Made by a program: the position numbers and the translations under genes. Below the pieces are notes generated by a model that was not told where the DNA came from, ran no database searches, and saw only the letters and a list, made by a program, of their open reading frames with translations. From positions 186,001 through 250,000 of the forward strand of contig JAKIMF020000007.1 of NCBI GenBank assembly GCA_022605425.2: 64,000 nt of DNA, in the 5' to 3' direction. This DNA is from Hamiltosporidium tvaerminnensis FI-OER-3-3 (taxonomy: Eukaryota; Fungi; Microsporidia). Below, piece after piece: positions 46,901-60,506 of the stretch. Positions within the stretch are counted from its first letter, which is position 1. The number at the start of each line of letters is the position of its first letter.

Positions 46901-49900
46901 TATCGACGATGCTCAAAATTTTCATCAGATACAGACCTAATAAACGAAGTAAAAAGAACCTTAAGTACAGTTTTAAGCCCTTCTAAAGTAATAGTTTAAG
47001 AGCTAAAGACAAAAAATGTACATTAGCAAACCCAAAGGTTGGCCACTTCCACGTTATCTGAAAACAGATAGCGAGATGATCAGAAAAAAAGTTGCAGTTT
47101 AGTTGTATAGACGAGTAAAAACACCGGTTTTTCATTAGGAGAGATAGAAGTTAATAGTAGAGTGAGCCTAGGCTGGTCCTCTTAAGGCAACTCAATGTCG
47201 TTTTTTTATTACCTATGGTAAAAAAACTAGTGATCTATTAAAAGATATGAATATTGGCTTTTGAAAATTAATATTAATTAATAAACTTATATTTTTCAAG
47301 CTTTTTTTAGTATATAAACATTAGATTTGATATGAAATTTGATTGTACTATAATTAAACAAGAAAATGATATAAAAACAATAATAGATATGTTCTGTAAA
47401 TATTTAAATAAATAAATACAATATAAAGAAGTTATCAGTTAATAAAAAGGTAAGGCATTACAATAAAAACATTTTAAAATTTATTGAACGGAGATAATTT
47501 TAATTTTTTGATTATTTCTATATAAATTAAAAGTGAAAATTCCAATTTAGTCGGCATTTTTCACTTACTTAATTACTTTAACCATTAGATCTATTACGCT
47601 GTAAATTTTTGATATTTTAAGTAAATTAATGAATTTTATTTTCTGATAAAATCAATAAATCTAAAAGATTTTTAATCCTTTTGTAGACAATAAGTATCTT
47701 AAACATTTAAATATTAAATAGTATAAAAATATTTGCATTTTTCATATTTTAAATGGTAAAAACATGAATTTGATTAGATTCCTTAGTTTGATATATTTTA
47801 TAAAATGAAATGTGTATTTTAGACAAATTTTCGAATGAATAAAGTTTGGTTGATGTTGAATTAGATACAAAATAATTTAATAATTTGTAAGAGTAAATTA
47901 TGATTTGGTATTTTTATGATTAAATAATATTTAATAAAGGCATGAATAGATTGGGATTAGTTAGATCACTACAACTAATATTCAGAGATATTTTTTTAAA
48001 AGAATATTAAGGCTTTAGCTTTTTAGTCACTTTTGCATTTAAAAAAATTCTGGGTTAAAATATTTTTACCATTTTTTACGTGTTTTCTTCTACCTCTTTA
48101 ACCACTTTGCATTTAAAAAATAAGTAATAATTTTCTAATAATTTAAGATTCGATCTTTTTCTTTTTCTAAAATATTTAGGAAATTACAATATATTACATA
48201 AAAATAAGACAAAGTATTGGTATTGTGTTGATTTTTTGATAAATGATTAGGAAATATGTTGAATATAAGATATTTTTCTGCTATCATGTTGTATTTAGGC
48301 AATCGAATATTATAAATTAACATTTAGTGTTATAAATATATTTTTTGAATCTCTTTACTAATAAAAAATTTATTTTTTAGTTCAGACAACCTTTAAAATA
48401 TCAAATTATACGTTAAATATTACTTTTATCGATTCAGAAAAGCATTATACGTTAAATTTACTTTGTCTTAAAAAAACTTCTAAAGATAAATATTTTTTCC
48501 TTTTTTGAAAAACCAATAATTTCCAAACTATTTTTGGTTTTTGATAAATTGATTTTTTAACTGATAAATTAAATATCAATTTTAAAAATTATTTTACTCT
48601 AAATATATCATTAAAAAAATTCAAAGAAAATATATTTTGAACACATTAAAACATTCATTAATCAAAATATATTTCTTTCATCTTAAATTAAAAATACAAA
48701 GACTTTAAATATAATTAGAAAAATAGAATTCCTAAATAAGTAATGACTATAATATATTTCTTAAATTATCAAATGAATTTGTAGAAATATGATTCTTATG
48801 TTTATAAGAATTTTTTATCTTTAATAGTACAAATTTTAGTACTAGATACGTGATATTTTACAAATTTTTTATAATAATTAAATTTAAATTTATTAAATCT
48901 ATATTAAAAGATTCATTGAAATATTCCAAAAGAATTAATATTTTGACATGTCGCTACTTTATTAATTATTTATATTACAATATCTTTGGTTTTCAAAATA
49001 TAATTCGTTATCATTTAAATGGTTAAAGTTTACTCGAATAGTTTTTTTTGAATGTTACAAAATATAAAGAATATCTTAAGTATTCTATATGTGATATTAT
49101 AAAACATATCAAGTGTTTGGTTGAATCAAAGTACAGGAATATTGAAATACATAAACACAGTAATAAATTATAGAATTAGGTAATTGGTTTTCCATAGGTA
49201 ATGATTACTACGCTATAAAATTATTCATAGAGCATATTAAATAGAAGAAAATAATGGATTGAGTTTAGAAAAAATATTAGAATACAAAAAATTTTAAAGA
49301 AGTTAAACATAAAAAGAAGCAAAATGTCTTTTATGGACACCATTGGTTATGAGTTTAATACAGTGATCATAACATTTTTTTTCTTTATAATAGCATAAAA
49401 AAACTAAGAAAATAACAAACCAATCTTTTAAGAGAATTCCTAGACTATATAAATAGGCCTAGGAATGCTTTATTTTCATTAATTAGTTAAAGTCTAAAAT
49501 TTCTCGTATATTTGGTATTTTAACGATAGAGGAAGAATCAAAAGAAGATTGAATGGTCTTTTCTTTTACTTTTTTACAAAGTCCAAGTAATTCTATTTGT
49601 AATTCAAGGTAATTTAAACATAAAAATTTGTTCGAAATAAAAATCTAATCAACTTTGGATATATTACTTCAAAATAATGTTCGCTTGGAAATATATAAGA
49701 TTATGGTCCTGGCTTACACAAAATCGTTTTTTATAAAATATTTGACAATAAAATTATGTTTTAAGACGATCTAACCATCAATTTATTCAATGAAATTTTA
49801 GGAAATAAATGCGTAGATAATTTAAATACAAAAGAAATAGAAATTTGGGAGAATTAAACTACTCCTGTTTTAAGGTGAAATCATTCGGCCTGAACATATA

Positions 49901-52900
49901 AATCGCACTATTTTTTTCTAGCCTTAGAATTCTGTGCAAATATAACATAAATACATGCTTTAATATTTAATTCGAGAATTAAAACTTTGAGTTTCTGCAT
50001 TCATGAAAATTTACTAATCTGCAATGAAATATATTTATGAATTGTTTTTAGTTATGAATTTATTGCAATAAATTTATTGTGGTAAATTTCTATGATTATT
50101 TTATTTCGATATAAACTTCAATCTAAGTTCTTATTGTTTAAGAGTCTAGGAATTAGTAAAGTTATTATTAGATGTGCTTGCTTTATTAAAATTGCTAAAT
50201 TTTGAAATTTCTTATGATTTTATGTGGAAAGCATATGCGATACTTGTAAAAATGAAATTCTAAAAACTTTCTAAGTCGCAAAATTGAGAATTAAAAGATA
50301 AGTTGGCAATTCTATTTGGTAATCATGTTATTTATTTTCTTACGCCTATATGCATACAATTTTATGAAAATTTTTACTAAGGTAATTCATAATATATTTT
50401 TGAGATATTCTAGAATATATTCTGATGAAGTAAAAAAAAAGGTTTTCAGGTCATCATTATAATAAATAATGATTGGGGAATAAATATTCTTAAATAGATT
50501 ACCCCATTTTCTGATATAGGATACAATAAAATTATTCGATTAATTTTTTTTCAAATATAGTGCATCATTTTTTTGTTTTTTTGTAGTTTCAAATTTGTTT
50601 GTATCAATGAACCAAATCTAAAATTAAATAAATGAAAAAAATCTACGTTAGGATTTGGCAAGAATAAAAATCATAATTAGAAAATTGATTTTTTTTCACT
50701 ATACCTTAAAAAGAAATGTCTAAGTTGTTTTTACAAAACAAAATCGAAATTTGATAAGAAAAAAAATTTAAATCTCAATTTAGAAAATAATTAAATGAGT
50801 TTGTGTTCTGCCCATATAATTTTGCCTACTTTACTTCAAATGGAATATATTTACAAAGAAAAACATAAAAGAAACCGTGGATTTATTTTTGAACAAAAAG
50901 TTGTCGAAATTTCATATTCCATAAAATAACTGAATTTATAATTTTCACAGCTTAGTACTCGACCGTGGGCTAACATTAAATCTAGATCCTTCTTGAGAAT
51001 AACATTAAATTACAAATTGCAATTTTTTGAAATATTATATTATTGTTAAGACCATATATTTCGGAATTAGAATACCAGCTATAAGGCGAAAAATATAAAT
51101 CGTATTAATGTTATACTGGTAAAATGAATATCAAATAATATTTTAAATACTTTTAAACTAGGAAAAGCTTGAATGTGCAATTACAACCCAACAGCAATCA
51201 TAGATATTTAAAAATAAATTCGGAAAATGTACGTTAGGATTTATGAGGTTGCTTTAATAGTGTATAACCTTGGCTTGATACTTAAAGGTTTAAAATTTGG
51301 TTAAAATCTGAATTTATAAAGGATATTTATATTTTGTAAATTTTGCATGCATAGTGTTTTTGTTAAAAACTTAAAAAACTTCATAATTCAAGATTTTTAT
51401 GAATTTTTGAATTGATGATCCTAATACTTTTAATGTCTCTAATATCAACGAAAAATTCTATTGCGATATAATAATGAAATATTTTGACGGAGATTAAAAT
51501 TTTAAAGTCGATCATTAATAATCTAGAAAAAAAATTTTAGAACCAGAAACTATAAATAAATTTCTGTCCGATATTAAAAATATAGGTCGATGTATATGAA
51601 AGTCTATGAATAAGAAATTTCTTAAAATTCTTAGCTAAAAAATTATAGTATAATTCGAAATAAAATAGTACTTAAATCCAAAACCAATCAATATAAGTTT
51701 TACTACTCGAGGATAGAATGCAGATTCCAAATAAATTGTTTGATGAAAAGGTTTAAGCTGTTGGCTTTAAAGGCCATATTATAAAACAAAAAAATATTAA
51801 AAATATTTATGTGTTTTACTACTGAATTTACTCGAAAAGGTCTAGTGGAAGTATACGAGATTACAAACCCTAAATTTAATATTTATTCTTACCAACAACG
51901 TCATATTCTTCAGTCGAAAGAAATAAATCGATACTGAGTTTTGGATTAAGAACTTCTTGCTTGGCGATAACATCGTTTTTATTGGTATATTACGAAAATT
52001 CTATTTTTTTTGTTTTCTATATAATTTAAATATTGTTTAATTTATTTTTTTAGGATTTCTTACTGTGATTACAATATATCGAGACACGTGCATTTTTTTA
52101 TGTTTTTTACGGATATTAAACCATAAAATAACTATTTGCTGGCTTAAAAATTTTAAATTTTTATTAAATTATAATATTTCATCATTTGTCTTGTAGAATG
52201 AGTGATTTTATGGACTATATTTTTCGAATATTGTAATTTATTTCTAATGTATGGATTATACTCTTTGATGTGAACAAATACATGGATAAAAAAATATATC
52301 GAAATAGAGTTTACACGAAAAGACTAAGGCACACTATGTTCGATTCCAGAGGGTTATTTTTTATATATAAAATTTTATATTTAATTTATATGAAATTTTT
52401 GAAATAGAAATACATTTAAAATATGAAATATTTTAATTTATTAATTTAGCTGTTGTTAAAAGAATATATCTTTCTTTAAATGACACTTGATACATAATTA
52501 TTTACCTTTTTCTTATATATTAAATTCCAATTTGTTAATTTGGTATATTTAAAACATTTATTTAATTAGAAATATTTAAATTGGTTATAGGTTTCCATAT
52601 AAGATATATTTAACATATGTATCAACATGCGCTATGTTATTGCCAATCTATGTTTCATTCTGGCTATAACGAAGAAGTGGATTGGTTGTTTCATACGGCC
52701 ACGTATTAGAGTGTTATATTTCTGATACACCTAGAATATTTTTCCACTATTCATTTTATAGATTGCAGATCTTTAGGTATCAGACTTAAAATGTTCATGA
52801 TTTAAAAACACATAACAGTCTCTATAGTTTATCTTCGCCAAATGAAGCCTGACATTTTGAACTCGAAATACATTTCCCCTTTTTATTTTATAAATTGGAA

Positions 52901-53998
52901 TAAATAAAGGTATTGTGGGGATAACACATGCGATAAATTTGACAAATCAAAAAAGGTTTGGAAGAAAACAATATACTCTAATAGCATTTATTCGACAATT
53001 TTTATACCATATGGTAGTATATTTATATACGTATTTTTAATTTTTTAGGAACAAACTATAAAATGGAAAACATTATATTTATTCCTTTAATAATATTTAT
53101 TTTAATCGTCTTTGAATCCTTTATTTAAATATTATGTTATATAAAGAATTAGAAGACTTTTTAAGCAAAATTTTAAATAGATTTTAAATATGAAACAAAA
53201 ACTCTACTCTGAAAAACCTATGTAATTAAAACCAAAAGATCTTAAGAATTCTGTAAACAACTATTTTTTTTCTAATATTATAAATATTTAAAAACCATAT
53301 TTATTGAATTTAACATTATAAAATAAATTACATTTCTATTTCACCATTATTAAATAGTTTTGATAAATTTAATGTAATGGAACATATAATATTCTATGGT
53401 TCGAATTTAGATTCTTCTTCAATGATGGGCTCGTAATCTTTCGTATTTATTGAAATTTAATAATATTAAGAGAATATCATTTTTAAAACCAATAGTATTT
53501 AAAAATTAATTGAATCAAATTCTTAACCAATGTTTTATTGCTATAAAAACTGTTAAAATATTTATTTGCTTTACATATCTTTTATTTAGTATTTATACAG
53601 AAATTGTAAAATAATGACATTTGATTGAAATGGGATATTTAAACAAAAACAATTTAAAAGAATTTATAAATTAAATCAAATAATATTTTCATTGATTTTT
53701 CCAAATATAAAACTTAAATTTAATTTGGCATTCTATTATTTGCTTTTATTATATATTAAATATTTAGAACGTTTTATTTGTCAAAAATGGCAATAAAATA
53801 ATAAATTAACTGCATTATTTTTAGAAACCAATAATTTTCCAGTTTATTTCAATTTGAATTAAATTTGTTGGTAAATAAATTATTTTGGTAAAATTTATAG
53901 AAATTTCAAAATTATTCGTTATTTTAACGACAAAAAATTTAAATTAAGCTTATAACATGTGCAATATGAATAAATCTCCTTTTATATAACATAAATCA

Positions 53999-54715
53999 AT
54001 GGCTAATTATATTACTAAAAATATGAATCAGCCCCAAAATATGAAACCGATCCGAGGATATATACATAATTTCAATGAGGCCAATCTTGTAATGCACGCA
54101 ATAAGACTTGGATTAGTCGAACCAGTTCGCGATCGATTGTGTATCGAAGAACGCGAGCTTATTAGAAGCGGCTGCATTTTTTGCTTCATCGAAACGAAAG
54201 AAGGAATGAAAAGATGGACAGATGGAAAAATATGGTCACCCTCAAAAATTGTAGGACATTTCTTATTGTATAAACAAGTTCCACGCCATTTAAGTAAAAG
54301 TTCGCTTAAAAAAGGTATACATAATGGATCAAATTATATGAAAAATGGATGTTCTCTTGCACAGTCTATAAACGACAAAGATGAATCGGAAAAATTAACT
54401 TTCTTTAAAAAAACTATTTCGATACCTTTCGATAAAAAAACATACCATATCATCTCTTACTACCAACCATTGTTCGCTAAGCATGGAATTTCAGATATAC
54501 CATTTTTCAAAGATTTAAGCAGAAGTTTGAATGATTTTCCAATTTTGAATGATGAAAAATATTTGCAATCATTAAAGGAAAAAAATTTAAATATTGCGAA
54601 CGAATTTAATTTAACCAAACCCGCAGAAAATAATATGCATCCAATGGTTGATAGAGATGAACTGGAAAAACTTGCAGCGGGAATTTTGGTCAAAAGACTT
54701 CGTCTTGAATATTAA
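53999..54715 (+). CDS. WOPR-domain (Gti1/Pac2/Wor1 family) transcription factor
   Basis: ERELIRSGCIFCF.E..GMKRWTDGKIWSPSKI.G.FL.YK (WOPRa) and KKTISI..YHIISYY (WOPRb). Confidence 0.95.
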   Translation: MANYITKNMNQPQNMKPIRGYIHNFNEANLVMHAIRLGLVEPVRDRLCIEERELIRSGCIFCFIETKEGMKRWTDGKIWSPSKIVGHFLLYKQVPRHLSKSSLKKGIHNGSNYMKNGCSLAQSINDKDESEKLTFFKKTISIPFDKKTYHIISYYQPLFAKHGISDIPFFKDLSRSLNDFPILNDEKYLQSLKEKNLNIANEFNLTKPAENNMHPMVDRDELEKLAAGILVKRLRLEY

Positions 54716-57700
54716 AAAAACTTTATATTTTTTATTTTTAGTAGTTTTAAGTGTAATCTGACTTTTTTATACATTAAGATACCATATTAATAATGTAAAC
54801 TTTTTTTTGATAGATTTAAATTGAGTTTTAATGATTTTTTTAACTTTTCTTTAAATAAAATATAACGATAATTTAAAAAAAAAAGAATTTAGAAAAAACA
54901 TTTTTTTGGTTTATCAAAAATATATTATCTTCATCATAGTCATTTTTTTCTTTCTGCATCGACAAAAATTTGCAATTTGACAATTTATCTTTCTATTTTA
55001 CATCAAAACAATTAAATCTATCTATCATTTCCTTTTATATACAATTTAATTTCTTAAATATAAAATTTGAAATTTAAAAAAGCAAAAATATAATTTTAAT
55101 GATGAATGTATACAAAAAATATGGTTCTGGTTATTTTACCGGTTTAATAAATCACATATCTATCTATCGTGTTACTTCAATGTAATCTTTATACATATTC
55201 AAACACAAAACAGATTTGTAATAAAAAAAACCTCTAAACATTTTTTCAGACAAAAAAAATTTTTTCAATTGTTTTTTGTTCAAACATAACATATATATCA
55301 AAAAATCTGACATAATTTTGCCAAAAAAAACTGAAAGTGTCTACTATTAAATGTTTATTCTCGTTTGTATTTAAAGATATATATTCTATGAAAAATATAG
55401 CATCAAAGATTTTATAAGAACTCAGTATATTAATGAGATTCTAAACCTAAAAAGTCTTTAAACGAAAAATTTTGAAACAAATGCCTAATTTACTTTTAAA
55501 TTGATTTCAAATGATGCAACAATTTATTTTTTAAGTTTCAATTTAATCGCTAAATTCTTCTATATATTCATCATAAACCATTATAAACTTAAAACGTTCT
55601 CTTTGAATTATTTCATTAAAGAAAATCACAATTTTTAAAAAACTAATATCAATTTTGCAATATTAAGATTAAGAGTATAAAAAATGGTACTTATCAACAT
55701 GAGAATTTCTATCTTTTAAATCATTATTCGACCGATTCGTTTGTACGTATACATTTTTTAGAATAATAGAAATCTTTGATTATGGTTTTAATGCATACAA
55801 TAAATTAACGCAGAAATATTCTAAATAATATTAACAAATAAAGATATTTATCGAAAAAGACATAAGATTATTTATTAATTAATTTCTAATTTAAAAATAT
55901 TTAAACGATTTTTAATTTCATTTAAAATGATATACTGTATATATAAGCATATCATACAAAAATATTTAATTCGAAAAATTTAAACACTGGTAAAAATTTG
56001 AAAAAACTCATGAGAAATCATAGAATGAAAGTATAAATCAAAAATATTGCCTAAAATATAAATAAAAGAAAGAGATAATATGCTAGACTAAAATGTCTTG
56101 ACGATTTAAGTTATAATTATTGATAGACTGGCAGAAAATAAAGCGCAATCTAAAAACATAAAAGATGAAGTAAATAGAAATTACGTTCTGCTTAACAGGT
56201 AATCTAATTATTAAACCAAATAACACAGTGATGCACTAATACACTTTATAAAAATACATTTTTCAACAAAAATTTAAAGCTTTTCAATTTTGATTTTTTA
56301 AATTAAATTTCTCTGAAAATTAAATTATACAGATTGATTTTGGCTATAATTTTCTTTAAATTGATCATAAAATAAATATTGGTATCTTTTCTCTTTATAA
56401 AAATTTAAAAGAACTATATTTTAGTATTTTACTATTCTATAATCTCGGCGTTTCACTTTAATCAGTGATGTATGGATTATTGCTTTATGTCTGCTATATT
56501 TAAGAACTTTGCGTAAATAGAAAAACTCATCTATTGCTCTATTAAAACAATTGCACAATCCTGTCTCCAGGGATAGAATGTTCTAAAATTCTAGAACATT
56601 TTATCTAAAACCAATTGCAAAGAAACACTACTTCGATAAATTTTACGATAAATAACTCGTAGGATTTTTTTTTCGAAATAAAAAGGCTTAAGAAAGTAAT
56701 GTTTTTTTAAAAAAATCGTTGAAATAATATTAAATAAACTAAAAAAAATGAAAGAAAATAGATGTGTATTTTTTATATCATTGCTTTATTTAGGTATGTT
56801 TATAATCAACTGAACTTCCTTTTTAATTATTTTTAGGTATTACATACCCCATATTTAAGGGTTTAATCTTATTCTAAAGAAAGTCGGTGTAAAGATTAAA
56901 TATTGATGTTATATTGTGAAAATCCTTCTAAAAGGAGCTTAATTCTTTTTTTAAGGAATATTTAGTTGTATCAAATAGTTTTAAAAAATAATAGATTTAT
57001 AAGATAATAAAGTTTTTAATATTTATTTGAATTTCTCAAAGTATGGCAATTCAACAAAAGCAATTTGAAAAAAAAAAAAACGAGAAAATGGGTTTCTCGA
57101 TAAAGAGATAATCAGGTAAAAAAATTCATATTATATAAGTTTTAAAATTCGTAAAATTTTAAAACCTGTACTTGATTATTTTGTTGTCTTTTTTGGATGA
57201 AGTAGTTACAATATTAAGTAACTAATCCTATTTTTTTCATAATTGATTTCTGTGTACCAAGCAAAGATACATATCTATAAAAAAAATAGTTCGTATTTAT
57301 AGCAATATGCACACATAAATATTTTTATAGCTCAATTATTGCTATAAAAATCAAATTTGATATATCAAAAGAAATCAGGCTACGATAAAACTCATTTTAT
57401 TGTAATTATTTTAGTATCAGTATGTAGATCTGCATCTTGCTTCTTAGTTAAAATAACTAAATTTAAGATAAAAATGAAATCTAATTATAAAAAGTTAAAT
57501 ATAGAAAAATATGACTAAAATGTCTTTAGAACATATATTTATATCAAACTTAACAAACATCAAGTTTGGATTTATTATTTTCGTATATTCTAAATATATA
57601 ATAATGAATGCATCGATGATGGCTATTACTTGTTAGGTATTAGCACACTGATGGTAAATATGTTTGGTAAAAAAAAAATTCCTTGGAATTTGCTAAAAAA

Positions 57701-57849
57701 ATTTTATTGTTATAATTTATGCATTAATTTTTATCATTAAATATGGAAAACAAATCCTCAAAAAGGAGATTTTTAATCATTCATTCAATTAAATGAAAAG
57801 AATCAGTTACACTATCAAATAAATTTAATATTCATTGAACTGAAAAGCT

Positions 57850-58579
57850 GAGGGAGGATAACCAAATAAAAAACTTTCTCCTTGGCAATGAGTGTGTGGA
57901 AATGGTGTGAGGTTATTGTTTGGATTTTTGGTAGGATTACAACCACACTACATCTTCGGTTGTTCCATGGGAGTTGTTATGAAGAGGAGAGGTCTAAGAA
58001 ACGGAGAAACTTTTTCTACAAATTTATTTGTAGTTTTTTATGTATCCAGATTGCAGACCGCAGCTGAACATGTAGGTAATTGCCATGTAAAAGCATGGAA
58101 ACCTAGCCTTGCTCACTCGGGTTAGAAGACTTAGCGCCTGAGAGATACAAAACAAAAAACCATTTAAAGCCAGGAAAGCTAAGTAGCAGGTTATACCTGT
58201 TGGTATGACATTGCACTGTCTAGGTGGACCCCATGTAAATCTCCTGAAATATATCTTAGCTAGAAGTTTATTGGGTTCAGGAAGTGTAAAGTAAGTGGGA
58301 ATGCTGCATAGTCTTAGGGGAGCTCAGGAAAGGCTTCGGCCTTCGATCACACTCCATGCAACGGACATTAACGAACTCCGGGCAACTGCCTCGCCTAGTA
58401 ATTAGGTTCTACACACCTGGTAGATGAAAGGCTTTGGGACGTAGGTATCGCAGGGGTTACTGATGGAGTTATGGGGTAGCAGTTATTTATGTTAAACCTA
58501 GAACTGCGTTGATGTCATGAAAACAAATATAACACTTGCCACTATTTTAATAAAGATGTGATACTTTTAAATAAAGATT
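57850..58579 (+). mobile_element. SINE-like structured non-coding element, copy C, 9-bp TSD
   Basis: Colinear with A and B; flanked by TGAAAAGCT at 57841-57849 and 58580-58588. Confidence 0.93.
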
Positions 58580-60506
58580 TGAAAAGCTTAAAACTATAGA
58601 GCTTTGATTATTGTTTTCTTATATTATTATCCAAAAAAATATGATTTACAAGTCTCCAATGCCAAAATATACTATTATGAAGGAAAGATAAATATATATT
58701 AAAAAATAATCTAATTAAAGTTAATTCATATGATAAATATAGTGTTATATTATCTTTCTGTCAGCAATAATGTGTATTTATAATTTCTTTAAGAGGTACA
58801 ACAAGAAATTAAAATAATAAGTTTAATTTATTTATACTAATTAATTTATAAAGAAGTATGTACAATAAACCGTACTATATTTAACCTATAGATTTGAAAT
58901 TTTTCACTAAATTTGTGTAAAGATTATATAATACCGATTTTTCATTTATATCACTTATATTATTGTGGTACATTTTCAGATGTTTAGTATTTTTTTATCT
59001 TGTCTATCAAATAATTATTTTTAAGAGTAAAGGTATTGGAATCAAATCATAGATAAGATTAATCCTATGTTTCGTTTTAAACTAATATGAAGTACAATAA
59101 CTAAACGTTTTTTATTATGTGAGTAAAATTTCAAAGATAAAAATCACAATGGCAAGCTTTAGAATTCACGGGCGCAACATAAAATTTGAAAAAAATTAAT
59201 TTAACGATTTACACAAAAATAAATGCCTGTTTATATCAAATTTAACATTCGAGTGCTGTATAAGAATGTTTGTAGCTACGACAAAATGCACATTTTTTTC
59301 TTTTAAAGATTTATTTGTAGTATCTTAGTTAAATTATAAATTATGATTTGTATTTTCTAGAGACCATATAAAATATTATAACGTAATTATACTCAATTCT
59401 TAAACGATGTAAACACTAAATTTTTTTCCGGTTTGATAATATAACAGAAAAAAATATACTTAAATGAAAATTGAATTATAAAAAAAACTTTTATAATTTT
59501 ATTTCAGATATTTACACGGATGAGACAACTATTATTTCTATATACCGAAATAAAATCCGCTGATAAACGGTTGGGAAAACAAAATTTAAGAAAACAAAAA
59601 AAGAGTTAAAAATATGCGGGACAATAGGATTCAATATCATTTCGATTAACTATTCAGTAGCCAGTACAAGTAAGGTTAAATAATTTAATCACTGTTATTT
59701 TTTTATGTTTGAAAATAATTTTAAGAAATAATTGTTTTTTAGATCACCAGATTAAGTAATAAACAACTAATTTCCAGCTTTACTTTTATATTTTTGTGAA
59801 AAAAAAAAAGTATTTTAATATAACTTAATATCCTTATAAATGATTATTTTTATTATTTGGTTCTTAGAATCTGATAAATAAAATAATACATTTCTAATCT
59901 TTTAATTTTTATCTATAAATCAATGTTCCGAGAAAATTTTATCAAGTATAGAAATATCAATTCCTCTTTTTTTATTGGATAATTAAACAAAAAAATAAAA
60001 AATTTAAAATGGATTGATTAAAATTATAACATTAGTACGTTACGTATTTAATTTGTAAAAAGAATGTGCGCTAAATTGATAAATATTCTATTCAAAAATG
60101 TTTTATTTAACCAAATTTTAAACAATTTTAGTATTTTATGTCATTAAGATGCAAATAATTTTAAAAGAGCTTCGAAAAAGTGCAGCTTATATATCCTTTT
60201 TAGAAATATTTTTTTTTCACGAATTAATTTAAGGAGACAGAAACTAAAACAAATTAATAGGAAATTTCAAGTCTAATTTCTATGTAGGAAACCAATTATG
60301 ATGAAAAAGGTACGTAAAACTAAATAAATATAAAAATAATCTATTTTGAAATTTAAATGTTTACGATTTAAATGTAAATCATTTTTTTAAACTAATTTAT
60401 TCTATATTTAAAATTTAAATTTATAAAATAAAAATATGATTGAAAAATACACGATGATAAAAATATTAATTTATTTCAAAAAAAGATATTTCTATAAGAG
60501 GTAAAT

